A DNA stretch of 64,000 nt from an uncultured Chitinophaga sp. (GTDB lineage: Bacteria > Bacteroidota > Bacteroidia > Chitinophagales > Chitinophagaceae): NCBI GenBank assembly GCA_964386395.1, contig CAYLRV010000001.1, forward strand, positions 23,807 through 87,806, given 5' to 3'. Position 1 is the stretch's first letter. Every line of letters starts with the position of its first letter. Made by a program: the position numbers and the translations under genes. This document shows, piece after piece, positions 42,668 through 52,694 of the stretch. Under the pieces are notes generated by a model. The model had not been told where the DNA came from. It was given only the letters and a program-made list of their open reading frames with translations, and made no database searches.

Positions 42668-44923
42668 TTAGAACCCCTTGATTTCTTCATCGTTGTCCAT
42701 GGCTATTTTATAAGCCTTAATAAACAAAGCGCCGAGGTTTTTATACGGTGGGGTGTAGTCTTCTATTTCAGACTCATAAGAGCATGCCACCATCTCCTTC
42801 CAAAATGGCACCCAATCTACATTTTTTCCAGCCAGCATTTTGTCCGTCAGTACCTTCAAAAAACATTTATTAATCCCAGTGGCACCAATTTGTTTGGTGG
42901 ATACAATATGGGCATCTGAGGAAACCTCTAATACATCCTTTATCAGATGATATCCGCCGCAAGAACCAAGAAACACAATTTTGGAAGATGGTGCCATCTG
43001 CTGAATCGTTGATTCGGCATAATAACTATGACCACGGTGAACCGTTACAGTCGGATATAATTTATTTTTTACCAGGTATTCACCCAGCTCCTTTTGTGCC
43101 TTTTCATCTTCGCCGCCTTCTTCAGGCAGGGCCCGGTTGGCATAGATAGTAACCGGCTTTCCTTTTACCGAACGGACTTCAATCCATTTTTCCTTCGGTA
43201 TAATTTTCCAATTGCTGTTGGAGAACTGTTTTACAAACCCATTGAACACACCCATGCCATCCTTATCGCCATAGAAAAACTGCTGCATGATCACCCGGCC
43301 GCTGTCATTGGCCAGCGCTTTGAAGGGCACTTCATATACTGGCGGTATACCCAGTTCCTTTGTTAAATCAATATTCTTTGTGCTATCCGCGGAAAGAAAC
43401 AGGTAGTTCAATATTTTATATATCGCTATGCCCGTTTTGTTATTTGCTTCCGTATTACGCTGGTAGTTCTCCTGAACATTTTTCAGCATTTCATCAGCCA
43501 GTGGCTTTAATGTTTCGGCAATACTGGCATAGGAGTCGGCCACATCCACGGCATCTTCCGGACCATCGGATTTCTCCAGATTCTTCACAAACGATTTCAT
43601 CAGCACTTCGGCATCACTGGCCTCGCCCGGACTGCGCCGTGGCGGAAAGGACGCAAGGAATATACCCAGTGTATTATAACCCGCTGCCATTTTTATCAGC
43701 TTACGGTATTTATCAAAATGAACAGCCACCAACAGCGAATCGCCCCTGTTATTTATTTTTTTCATCATCAGGGGGAATACACCTTTTACAAAACTGGATG
43801 TATAGATGGACCCGTCTGATGACACAGCCAGATAATACAGTTCTTCCGCGGTTAAAGGTTGTATTGATTTGAACCGCACCTCTGCACTTTCATTATGAAG
43901 TCCGTTGATTACATTGACAAAATTTTCTTTTGCTTTTTTCTCCAGTCGCTTAGTCAGTTCTTTATATTCAAAAGCTGTGTCTTTGTTGTGCAGGCGTTCT
44001 ACATAGTCGATCTGTGTCTTTACGAGCAGACGATAATATTTCAGGGAATCGTCCTTTGCCGCATCAATATCTGCCAGTGTCATTTTGCCCCGGAAGATAT
44101 TATCAAAGAAAGGAAAGTACTGCATCCCGTTCTTGCTGCGGGCCATATCGGATATGGTCTTTATAAAAATGTCGTCTTTGATATTACGTATGACTGTACT
44201 TAGCTTACTGTTGGATTGTGCATAATCATACAATTGTTTGGGGTATCGCTGTGCCACAAGTCTTACCACACTGTCTGCAAAAGGCATATCCGGGTTATCG
44301 TACAATGTCCGCAGTGCTTTGGCCGGATAGGCCAAACAATACTTGAGTATTACTGTTTGCTTGCTTTCTGTATAACCTGCATTTTTTACGAACGTTACAT
44401 GGCTGCCATCCACCAGCGAGAGGGCTGTTTCATAAGGATAGGTTTTTATAACATCGGCAATTGATTTTCCGGCCCTGTCCAATGCATACATTTTCTCATA
44501 AGCGCTGATAATGTCTGGCAGGCGGAGCTTGCTGATTTTACCTGCCCGGGCATTTGCTATGTATGACCGCAGCTGGTTTTCTATTCCTTTCAGGTATTTC
44601 TTCTTTACCTGGTCGCCCATAGTGCTGTCCGTTTCAATCTGGCACTGCAGTGCATCAATGCGCTGAGTAGCAGCTTGTGTGAGCATAAAATTCACTTCTT
44701 CATTGGCCGAGGGTGTAAACTTATCGTCGGCTTTACCGTCAATACCAAGAATATTTTTTTGCTGTGTATCAACGTAGTCATGAAACAGTGACCGCTTGAA
44801 ATCAGGCTTACAGCCAGGTGCCGCAGTTGTGCTGCTCGACGCAAAAGATAGTTGTGCTGTGCTTTTTAAAACCAGCAATATAGAACTCGCTGCAAGGACC
44901 AGGTATCTCATTGATGTTGTCAT
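42668..44923 (-). CDS. Large hypothetical secreted protein
   Basis: 751-aa ORF with a signal peptide. The C-terminal TVHRGHSYY...VFLGSCGGY spacing is compatible with a His/Cys (clan CD-like) dyad, but no family was recognised. Confidence 0.4.
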   Translation of the reverse strand: MTTSMRYLVLAASSILLVLKSTAQLSFASSSTTAAPGCKPDFKRSLFHDYVDTQQKNILGIDGKADDKFTPSANEEVNFMLTQAATQRIDALQCQIETDSTMGDQVKKKYLKGIENQLRSYIANARAGKISKLRLPDIISAYEKMYALDRAGKSIADVIKTYPYETALSLVDGSHVTFVKNAGYTESKQTVILKYCLAYPAKALRTLYDNPDMPFADSVVRLVAQRYPKQLYDYAQSNSKLSTVIRNIKDDIFIKTISDMARSKNGMQYFPFFDNIFRGKMTLADIDAAKDDSLKYYRLLVKTQIDYVERLHNKDTAFEYKELTKRLEKKAKENFVNVINGLHNESAEVRFKSIQPLTAEELYYLAVSSDGSIYTSSFVKGVFPLMMKKINNRGDSLLVAVHFDKYRKLIKMAAGYNTLGIFLASFPPRRSPGEASDAEVLMKSFVKNLEKSDGPEDAVDVADSYASIAETLKPLADEMLKNVQENYQRNTEANNKTGIAIYKILNYLFLSADSTKNIDLTKELGIPPVYEVPFKALANDSGRVIMQQFFYGDKDGMGVFNGFVKQFSNSNWKIIPKEKWIEVRSVKGKPVTIYANRALPEEGGEDEKAQKELGEYLVKNKLYPTVTVHRGHSYYAESTIQQMAPSSKIVFLGSCGGYHLIKDVLEVSSDAHIVSTKQIGATGINKCFLKVLTDKMLAGKNVDWVPFWKEMVACSYESEIEDYTPPYKNLGALFIKAYKIAMDNDEEIKGF

Positions 44924-45143
44924 AAGGATGATTGTGCAAAGGTAACAAGCATACAGTATAAATAAACCAAATGCTTTGCCCTGATACAGACTGGTTTACA
45001 CATAAAAAGGCTGTCCCGGCCCTCATATTTATTTTCATCCATCAAAATGGATGTATTAACTTATCATTAAGTCTCTGTAAACAAGACCACAGATATTTCA
45101 TTGACATTCATTTAACAAGTAGGTTTGCGAAAATTTTTCCCTG

Positions 45144-45842
45144 ATGGAAAATTCCAAAGGAATCCATTCTGACAAGGCCCGGAAAGTACTAATAGCAGAC
45201 GATGAGCCGGATATTTTGGAGATTTTAAAGTACAACCTCGCAGCGGAAGGCTATGATGTGGTAACGGCCAAAGATGGTGATGAGGCCTTGGAAAAAGCCC
45301 GCCGTAACCAGCCCGACCTGATTGTTCTTGACGTAATGATGCCTAAAAAAACCGGGGTGGAAGTTTGTGGACTTTTGCGTGCCCAGGCCGCTTTTAAGGA
45401 CACCCTTATCATTTTCCTGACTGCACTAAATGATGAAAATACACAGATTAAGGGCCTGGAAACCGGTGCCGACGATTATATCAGCAAACCGATTAGTCCG
45501 AAAGTGTTTATTTCCCGGGTAAATGCACTTTTCCGCAGGCTGAATAAAACCGAAGCCCGCATCCTCACTATCGAAAATATGGTCATCGACCCCGAACGTT
45601 TTATCGTTACCGTGGGCGACCAGGAAATTGTACTGGCCAAAAAAGAGTTTGAGCTTTTATACCTGCTGGCGATTAAACCTGGCCGGGTTTTCCTCCGGCA
45701 TGAAATATTGAACCAGGTTTGGGGCAATGATGTGATTGTTGGCGACCGCACTATCGACGTACATATCCGTAAAATACGGCAGAAACTGGGCGTGGATTGT
45801 ATTACCACTGTAAAAGGTGTTGGCTATAAGTTTGAGCTCTGA
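45144..45842 (+). CDS. OmpR/PhoB-type response regulator
   Basis: Receiver domain (DDEPDI...DVMMPK) plus a winged-helix C-terminus (TVKGVGYKFE). Confidence 0.9.
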   Translation: MENSKGIHSDKARKVLIADDEPDILEILKYNLAAEGYDVVTAKDGDEALEKARRNQPDLIVLDVMMPKKTGVEVCGLLRAQAAFKDTLIIFLTALNDENTQIKGLETGADDYISKPISPKVFISRVNALFRRLNKTEARILTIENMVIDPERFIVTVGDQEIVLAKKEFELLYLLAIKPGRVFLRHEILNQVWGNDVIVGDRTIDVHIRKIRQKLGVDCITTVKGVGYKFEL

Positions 45843-45918
45843 CAAAAAGTTCAGGGCGCAAGCCTCTTATTAAATGAAGTTACTGGTCGCTGCAGCCCTG
45901 TATCTTGTTCCTTGATCC

Positions 45919-46983
45919 ATGTACCTTCGCAATATGTTCTCTACGAAAAACATTTCCCCTAAACAAATTGCCTTTTTTACAGCCCTGGTACTCGCTATAC
46001 CTGAGAGCCTGCTGGTATATATCGTGGAGAAAAAATGGTTGTGGGCAGTGGGTTCTTTTGTCATCTTCTTTACAGGCAGTTATTTCCTGGTTGCTTTCAT
46101 GCTCGAACGTTTTATTTACCGTAAAATAAAACTGATCTATAAGTTCATCAATAAAACGAAAGCCACCAGGCGGGAGGAAACCTTTTACAAATATGTATTG
46201 CCACAGAAAAGCATCGACGAAGTGCGGGAAGATGTAGAAAAATGGGCAGCCGAAAATGAAAAAGAACTGGAACTGCTGCGGCAAAACGAACAGTTCAGGC
46301 GTGAATTTTTGCAAAACCTTTCGCATGAGTTTAAAACACCGGTTTTTGCTATACAGGGATATGTAGATACCCTGCTAAATGGCGCATTGGCCAACCCGGA
46401 GGTAAACAAAAAATTCTTAGAAAAGACTTCCAAAAACGTCGACCGGCTTACCCACCTGCTTAGCGATCTCGATGAAATATCCAGCCTGGAAAGAGGGGAG
46501 CTGGTTTTATACAAACAGAATTTTATTATACAGGAGGTTGCGCGGGATGTTTTTGAAAGCCTGTCAGTAAAGGCGGAGGCGCAAAACATTACCTGTACTA
46601 TTAAGAAGGGCTGTGAGTCGCCACTCACCGTTTTTGCTGATAAAGAAAAAATAAGACAGGTTTTTACCAATCTTGTAGAGAACTCAGTTAAGTATGGAAA
46701 GATGCATGGAACAATCACCGCCAGTATGTATAAGACTGACGGCAAACGCATACTGATAGAAATTACTGATGATGGAATTGGTATTGGCGAAAAACACCTG
46801 CCCCGTTTGTTTGAACGGTTTTACCGTACGGATGAAGGCCGGAGCATTGATGTCAGCGGCAGTGGCCTGGGATTAGCTATTTGCAAACATATTATCGAAG
46901 CACACGGGCAAACAATACATGTGCGCAGCACCGCCGGCGTGGGCACCACGGTTGGGTTTACACTGGATGTGAAAAAAGACTAA
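45919..46983 (+). CDS. Sensor histidine kinase
   Basis: Two TM segments, H-box LSHEFKTP, N box NLVENSVKY, G boxes DDGIGI and GSGLGLAI. Confidence 0.85.
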   Translation: MYLRNMFSTKNISPKQIAFFTALVLAIPESLLVYIVEKKWLWAVGSFVIFFTGSYFLVAFMLERFIYRKIKLIYKFINKTKATRREETFYKYVLPQKSIDEVREDVEKWAAENEKELELLRQNEQFRREFLQNLSHEFKTPVFAIQGYVDTLLNGALANPEVNKKFLEKTSKNVDRLTHLLSDLDEISSLERGELVLYKQNFIIQEVARDVFESLSVKAEAQNITCTIKKGCESPLTVFADKEKIRQVFTNLVENSVKYGKMHGTITASMYKTDGKRILIEITDDGIGIGEKHLPRLFERFYRTDEGRSIDVSGSGLGLAICKHIIEAHGQTIHVRSTAGVGTTVGFTLDVKKD

Positions 46984-47393
46984 TACCAGCTTTTCCCCTC
47001 ACCAAGACTTTTCAGAAAATCAACTGCTTCGTTGCTCATTTCCGTACTCATGACTTTATTGTCAAGGTCAAAAGAGAAATGTTTACAATCATTTTCACTG
47101 AACTTAAATACAACAGGCAGTACCTGCTGGCCGTTGCGGAAGAACAGCATATTCCCGTCGTATCCGCATTTATATAATGCCGAAGCCTTTCCGTTCAGAA
47201 ATTTAGCCATACGTTGAATAGCCTTGGTATCAGTCGTACTCACCATTTTTATTACAGAATCGCTGTTGGGTGCATTGAAGTTAATCACCATGCTATCGCA
47301 GCCCTTTAATTTCTTACCTATTGCTGAATTGTTACAACTGCATAAAAACAGGACAACGCTTACCGGGATAAAGAGTTTGGAGAAGTGCTTCAT
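46980..47393 (-). CDS. Hypothetical lipoprotein
   Basis: Lipobox LFLCSCNN. No other motifs. Confidence 0.4.
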   Translation of the reverse strand: MKHFSKLFIPVSVVLFLCSCNNSAIGKKLKGCDSMVINFNAPNSDSVIKMVSTTDTKAIQRMAKFLNGKASALYKCGYDGNMLFFRNGQQVLPVVFKFSENDCKHFSFDLDNKVMSTEMSNEAVDFLKSLGEGKSWY

Positions 47394-47434
47394 ATTCCAA
47401 ATATAATTATCCGCCCAAACATTTTCATCTGTTT

Positions 47435-48532
47435 CTACCGGACAGATAAAGGAGGTGCCGCTTCCCCAATTTCATATTCCTCGCCCACCACCCATGCAAT
47501 CGTCTTCGCCAGTTGTGCTGTGTATTGCTGTTCCTTGTCTGTTATTTCACCCAGCGGGTGAATACCAGGTCCCAACAACGCTGCCCATGTTTGCGATGAT
47601 CCACTTATAAACCGGCCATGTGCATCCCAACGTTTTGTTTTATTTCCCCTGCCATGATCGGTGGTGATAATAAACGTGGTGCTATTCTTATATCCCGGTG
47701 TACTCTGAACCAGTTGCCACAGCTCAGCAATCATACGGTCTGCTTCGGCTGCTTTCTGCAAGTAAAGATCGTAGCGGCCTTCATGTGCATATTCATCTGT
47801 TTCGCCAAGGCCCAGGAATACAACCCTCGGCTGCTGCGTCTTTATATATTCTTTGGCGGTAAGAAAAGTAAGCATATCCTGCCTCGTGCTGTGCCTTTCC
47901 CTGGTTATCTTTTCCTGCACAGCATTAATGTACCGCTGTTCGGCTGAAGCATTATTGACCATATTCATATACCCGCTATTTACCGGCAGTGCATTTCGTT
48001 CCGTATTTAGAATATACGGAAATACATCCCATGATGTAAAAGCCACCACCTCACCTGCAAAGCCCGGACGTGCCGCAATATGCTCCAGCACATTGATATT
48101 GGGGTTCTCAATTTTCCGGTTGGAAGATATACGCGGATCGGCATGGCCTGTGAGCATCTCATTGTAACCCGGGTATGATATAGCATAGCTATTCGCCACA
48201 TTTAGTTTATTACCTGCATCCCGGTTACCCAGCAATTGTCCCTTCGTTGCTATTACATTCCAGAAAAATGGAAGTAACTTCTTTCGTCGTTCTTCCGCAG
48301 TTGACCCACCATATAAAAGCATGGCTGTTTCACTATCAGGTGTGCATTCGTCATCCAGCAGCAGCGATGAGTCGGCACCCCTGTACAACTCCTGCCAGCG
48401 AAAACCATCCAGTGTAATAATGAAAAGATTTTTAGTGGGTGTAATAGCAGGTTCCGCTGCAGGTGCCCAGGTTTTTGAGCCCGGTGATTGAATGATGGCC
48501 AGGCACACGAGTGGCCCGATCAGTTTTTTCAT
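47435..48532 (-). CDS. Alkaline-phosphatase-superfamily metalloenzyme (ENPP / phosphodiesterase-like)
   Basis: Start at ATG 48532. FIITLDGFRWQE, GETDEYAH and ITTDHGRG motifs. Confidence 0.6.
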   Translation of the reverse strand: MKKLIGPLVCLAIIQSPGSKTWAPAAEPAITPTKNLFIITLDGFRWQELYRGADSSLLLDDECTPDSETAMLLYGGSTAEERRKKLLPFFWNVIATKGQLLGNRDAGNKLNVANSYAISYPGYNEMLTGHADPRISSNRKIENPNINVLEHIAARPGFAGEVVAFTSWDVFPYILNTERNALPVNSGYMNMVNNASAEQRYINAVQEKITRERHSTRQDMLTFLTAKEYIKTQQPRVVFLGLGETDEYAHEGRYDLYLQKAAEADRMIAELWQLVQSTPGYKNSTTFIITTDHGRGNKTKRWDAHGRFISGSSQTWAALLGPGIHPLGEITDKEQQYTAQLAKTIAWVVGEEYEIGEAAPPLSVR

Positions 48533-48612
48533 TGTGTAACGGTTTTGCAAAGGAACAACGGCAGTTTAAACCCAGTTTTATGCAAACGTTACGGTTAGGT
48601 TATATCACCAGG

Positions 48613-49182
48613 TCAATGCTGGTGACCATGACCTGCAGTTATCCATGCACTGATCTTATTTCGTTCCTGCAATGGCAGCAGGCCAGTCTGCGGCATGGGT
48701 GAAGGATTGCCATCAACTGCCCTCGCTTTTATCCGATCCCAGTTATTGAGTATGTCACAGCTGCGTGTCCAATCATGGCCTGCCTGTGGGTTTACTCCGC
48801 TATGGCAGGAAAGGCAATTTGCTGCAAGCAATGATTTAACGGCAGTAAATAAAGTCCCTGCATTGCTTTCAGGTATTATTATTGATGATGTGTATTCACA
48901 TCCACCGTTATCTCTTGCCACTACTTTATACGTACCCGGTAGCAAAGAAGAGAAAACGGGTGAGGATTGAAAAGCGCTGTTTCCAATCTTGTATGAGATC
49001 CCATTACCAACCGGAGAAGTAATGCTGATGCTGCCGCCAGCCACACATGGATGTGATGATGCAGTATCCGCTGTAATAACCAACGCCGGGCAATTGGCGG
49101 GTGATGTGGCATTTTTTGAACAACTTATCAAATAAGAAAGTATTGCCAGCAGGGCGATATAAATTCTTCCACAGCTTGCCAT
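48613..49182 (-). CDS. Lipoprotein with a C-terminal c-type haem-binding motif
   Basis: Lipobox YLISCSKN. One CxxCH motif (CLSCH). Confidence 0.5.
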   Translation of the reverse strand: MASCGRIYIALLAILSYLISCSKNATSPANCPALVITADTASSHPCVAGGSISITSPVGNGISYKIGNSAFQSSPVFSSLLPGTYKVVARDNGGCEYTSSIIIPESNAGTLFTAVKSLLAANCLSCHSGVNPQAGHDWTRSCDILNNWDRIKARAVDGNPSPMPQTGLLPLQERNKISAWITAGHGHQH

Positions 49183-49183
49183 A

Positions 49184-50992
49184 TCAATACACTTGACGTT
49201 TATCAGTCAGCGATTGCATGAACGAAACAATTGCCCTTTTTTCATTTACGTTTAATGTCAGTGAATCAAACGGCAGCGACTGGTAAGGCAAATCGATTCC
49301 GAGCCCCACACCTCCACCCTTGTGGTAAAACTCGACTACTTCATCCAACGTCCCATAAACCCCATTATGCATATACGGGGCTGTCATTGCCGCATTGCGA
49401 ACAGTGGGCGTTTTAAATGCGTATAACAATTCGTTGAGCTGATTAATACGGTAACGGCCCGAATCACGGTCAATCACTGCACCCCGCCAAACCGGTTTTG
49501 CCGGCACACCAATAATTTCTGACTCTGACTTCGTAAACCACGGGGGTATGTTGCCGTTAAACAAAGGAACAAAATGGCAGGTGGCACATTTTGCTTTACC
49601 TGCAAAGAGGTTAAACCCATTTTTCTCTTCTGCACTCAGTGCATTATTGTCGCCTTGCATATATTCATCAAAACGGGAGGAGAATGGGTTCAGTGAACGG
49701 ACAAAGGCAGCCAGTGCATTTCTCACTTCATATCCGCCGATAGTGTCAATGCCGGGGAAAGCTTCAAAAAAAAGATTCCTGTAGCCTGTATCCCTGCTGA
49801 GCTTATTAGCTATACCAGATGAGCTGAATGCAAACTCCTGGTGGTTCTTCATCACCTCATTTGCCTGATCTTCCAGTGTAACCGCCCGCAGATCGTAGAA
49901 TTGATGACTTTGTAAAGAAGCGTAATAGAGGCCGGGTGTATTTCTTTCCAGTAATCCGCCATGTACCAGATTACCGGCCTTTTCTTTTCCGTCTGTAAAG
50001 AATTTATCCGGCTGATGGCAACTGCCACAACTTATCTTACCCGAGAGCGAAAGCGATTTGTCGAAGAATAGTTTTTTACCGAGGCTTGTTTTTTCTGCGC
50101 TGGTGGTAGCAGACGCATAGCCAGCATAATAATCCGGATTCAATCCATTGCCTTCCAGCAAATCGGCTAAAGTCCCATCAAATACCTTTATTGCCAGGCT
50201 GTCGGTATCCGTCTTCTTATCCTCATTCACCAGCATTTTACTAAGCGGTGCCAGGTAATGCCGCATAAAAGTGAGCCTGTCAAAGGAATCGAAATCGGTG
50301 TGCCGGTCAAGATACTCTATGCACTTGTTAAAATTAGTACCCCATCTATCATTACCAGTTTCACCAAAATATAAATGGCTAAAGGACGCCACACCTTGCA
50401 GCGCCGCCCTGGCCTCCGGCAGTGATTGCTTGCTCAAGGGTGCATCGAAGCCCGTAATGCCCTGTGTAGCTATGCGTATCAGCTCATGTTGAATAATTTC
50501 CCGGGCATGTTGTGGCAATATTGTGGTTTGCTCCATGGAAGTTTTAATAAACCGCAGATCTGTTTGGAGCAATTTTATTTCGTTGGACACAACAGGGGCC
50601 AATGAATCGTGGTAGCTGATATACAAATATTGCTCTATTACCTGGAACCCATGGGGCGGCCATACCTGGCCGTCCTCCGTTTTCACATCCGGTAATGCCG
50701 GCCCGTTCACCCGTTTCATCAATCCCTGGAAATAATATTCAGTTATACCCTCAGTTTGTTTGTATAACAATCTAGCTTTACCAAACTGATTTTTAAGTTC
50801 GGTTGCGGGACGCTTTCCCTGTGCGGCCTTACTGAGTTCATCCAGTTGTGCAAGCAGGGAATCTGTCTGTCTGTTGAAATATTCTTTCACCACAGGTTCG
50901 CCATACTGCTTATTATTTATCCGGCAACTCTGGATCAACACATAGCCCGTAGTAATAATGAATGCCAGTAAGCCAGTGACTTTTTGTTTCAT
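49184..50992 (-). CDS. Di-haem cytochrome c peroxidase family protein
   Basis: Two CxxCH motifs (CGSCHQ and CATCHF) with CCP/MauG-like surrounding sequence (PTVRNAAMTAPYMHNG). Confidence 0.8.
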   Translation of the reverse strand: MKQKVTGLLAFIITTGYVLIQSCRINNKQYGEPVVKEYFNRQTDSLLAQLDELSKAAQGKRPATELKNQFGKARLLYKQTEGITEYYFQGLMKRVNGPALPDVKTEDGQVWPPHGFQVIEQYLYISYHDSLAPVVSNEIKLLQTDLRFIKTSMEQTTILPQHAREIIQHELIRIATQGITGFDAPLSKQSLPEARAALQGVASFSHLYFGETGNDRWGTNFNKCIEYLDRHTDFDSFDRLTFMRHYLAPLSKMLVNEDKKTDTDSLAIKVFDGTLADLLEGNGLNPDYYAGYASATTSAEKTSLGKKLFFDKSLSLSGKISCGSCHQPDKFFTDGKEKAGNLVHGGLLERNTPGLYYASLQSHQFYDLRAVTLEDQANEVMKNHQEFAFSSSGIANKLSRDTGYRNLFFEAFPGIDTIGGYEVRNALAAFVRSLNPFSSRFDEYMQGDNNALSAEEKNGFNLFAGKAKCATCHFVPLFNGNIPPWFTKSESEIIGVPAKPVWRGAVIDRDSGRYRINQLNELLYAFKTPTVRNAAMTAPYMHNGVYGTLDEVVEFYHKGGGVGLGIDLPYQSLPFDSLTLNVNEKRAIVSFMQSLTDKRQVY

Positions 50993-51053
50993 AGAAATAA
51001 AAATATCCCCCCGCTAATAAGGCAAGGGGGATGTTATAATTGCTGATAGTATT

Positions 51054-52478
51054 TTAACGGGGAACGCCTCTTAACAACAATGTTTGTCCACCTGATTTAT
51101 ATGCCTGCACGGAAGTAGCCCGGCTTGGATTCAGGAACCTGTCTCCTTCCACCCATGAATGGGCATGTATATTTATGATGAATGTATTCGGCTCTCCAAT
51201 AATATCAGAGATGTCAAGCATAGCACCATGCTCCCACAAGGCAAAGCGCTGATCATTGGTTGGGTTATAAACAGTAGAACCCAGTGTTTTATTCTTCAAA
51301 TCAATCATACGCTTCTTCGTACCTGTGGCAATATCATATTGCCATATCAGTGAATTGTGCGAAGCGCCGGGGAAGAATGAGTCGCCGTCTTCCTGTATGT
51401 ACACATAGTTCTGTGTTACGCAAAGGTTATCGGGGTTGATAATTTCATTACCTGGATTTAAATCGCCATCTTCAACAATATCAAGCTTACCTGTCAATGG
51501 ATTAGCGGCATCCATTTTCAAACGGTACACACGGCCCCAGTATGTTTTTTCAGGCTGGCCGCTTACACCTGTTGCAACAAAATACACTTCGCGGCTGTTG
51601 GCACCACCGCCCTTACGGTAATCCAGATCTTCCACCCGGGCAAACTGTATAGACTTCAGTGAACTGTTCAGGTTTTCAATCTCAGCACCCGTCAGGTTTT
51701 TAGCATTGGGCACTTCCACAAATTCCACATCGTACACATTGCCTTTGGTCATGTTTGTTTCGATCTGGTTCTGGTTGGTCCTTCTGAGCACATACAGTTT
51801 ACCATTATCCAAATCACCGGGTGTATTGGATACATACAGATACACCTGTCCGTTACCGGCATCTTCGCCAAGGATAATTACTGTTTTACCAGCGTATGCA
51901 TCTTTTGCTAATGGCACTGCGTTCTCCCCGCTGAATTTACCCAAGGCTGGCTTTACCCGTGACTGATTAGCTGCGTCTGCCGGAGCAATTGGATCAATTG
52001 CATGTGTCATAGCGTTTACATTGCTCTCGCCTGTGGAAAGGAACATCGGTTTAGGAAATCCGTGTTCTTCCGGCGTGGCCAAAGTTCCGGAGCAAAGGCG
52101 GAACATACCACCATCTGTATTGACAATATACTCCCCTTTAACCGGGTTCAGTTTTTTATCAAGATAAACCCTGGATATGGCGTAGGTATTCTCATGATTG
52201 GTAACCATGATATAACCGCTTCCGTCGGGATTCTTTAGGAAACCTTGTCCATCCGGCGCACCACCATACACAAAATTGGGATAACCGGGAATAGTGTCAC
52301 TGCTGCTTATCAATGTGTAAGCACTTACACCGGAAAACGCCGGATCAATGGTGACAAAAGATTCTGCATTTGACCGGTTTTTAAACTCAGGCTTTTCTGC
52401 CGGTTGGTCATTTTTGTTTTTCTTGCAGCTGGCAAAAAAGATAGCGGCTACAGCGGTTAAGGTTACAATTTTTCTCAT
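51054..52478 (-). CDS. Hypothetical lipoprotein
   Basis: Lipobox FFASCKK. Beta-rich sequence with no diagnostic motifs. Confidence 0.4.
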   Translation of the reverse strand: MRKIVTLTAVAAIFFASCKKNKNDQPAEKPEFKNRSNAESFVTIDPAFSGVSAYTLISSSDTIPGYPNFVYGGAPDGQGFLKNPDGSGYIMVTNHENTYAISRVYLDKKLNPVKGEYIVNTDGGMFRLCSGTLATPEEHGFPKPMFLSTGESNVNAMTHAIDPIAPADAANQSRVKPALGKFSGENAVPLAKDAYAGKTVIILGEDAGNGQVYLYVSNTPGDLDNGKLYVLRRTNQNQIETNMTKGNVYDVEFVEVPNAKNLTGAEIENLNSSLKSIQFARVEDLDYRKGGGANSREVYFVATGVSGQPEKTYWGRVYRLKMDAANPLTGKLDIVEDGDLNPGNEIINPDNLCVTQNYVYIQEDGDSFFPGASHNSLIWQYDIATGTKKRMIDLKNKTLGSTVYNPTNDQRFALWEHGAMLDISDIIGEPNTFIINIHAHSWVEGDRFLNPSRATSVQAYKSGGQTLLLRGVPR

Positions 52479-52694
52479 CGGGATTTTGTTGAATTGTGTT
52501 TCAAATAATATATATCATCTGCTGATTTCGCTGCAAAACTGCCATGTCAATGTTACCTTCCTGTTAGCCAAAGTTTACCAGATTATGAAATGAATTGTTG
52601 CCGTGGATAATTTGCAGAAGTGATTTCGTTTATACATATAAAAAAAGCCAGTCCTCCAAGAGGAGGACTGGCTTTTCAAACTACAATTACCTGA

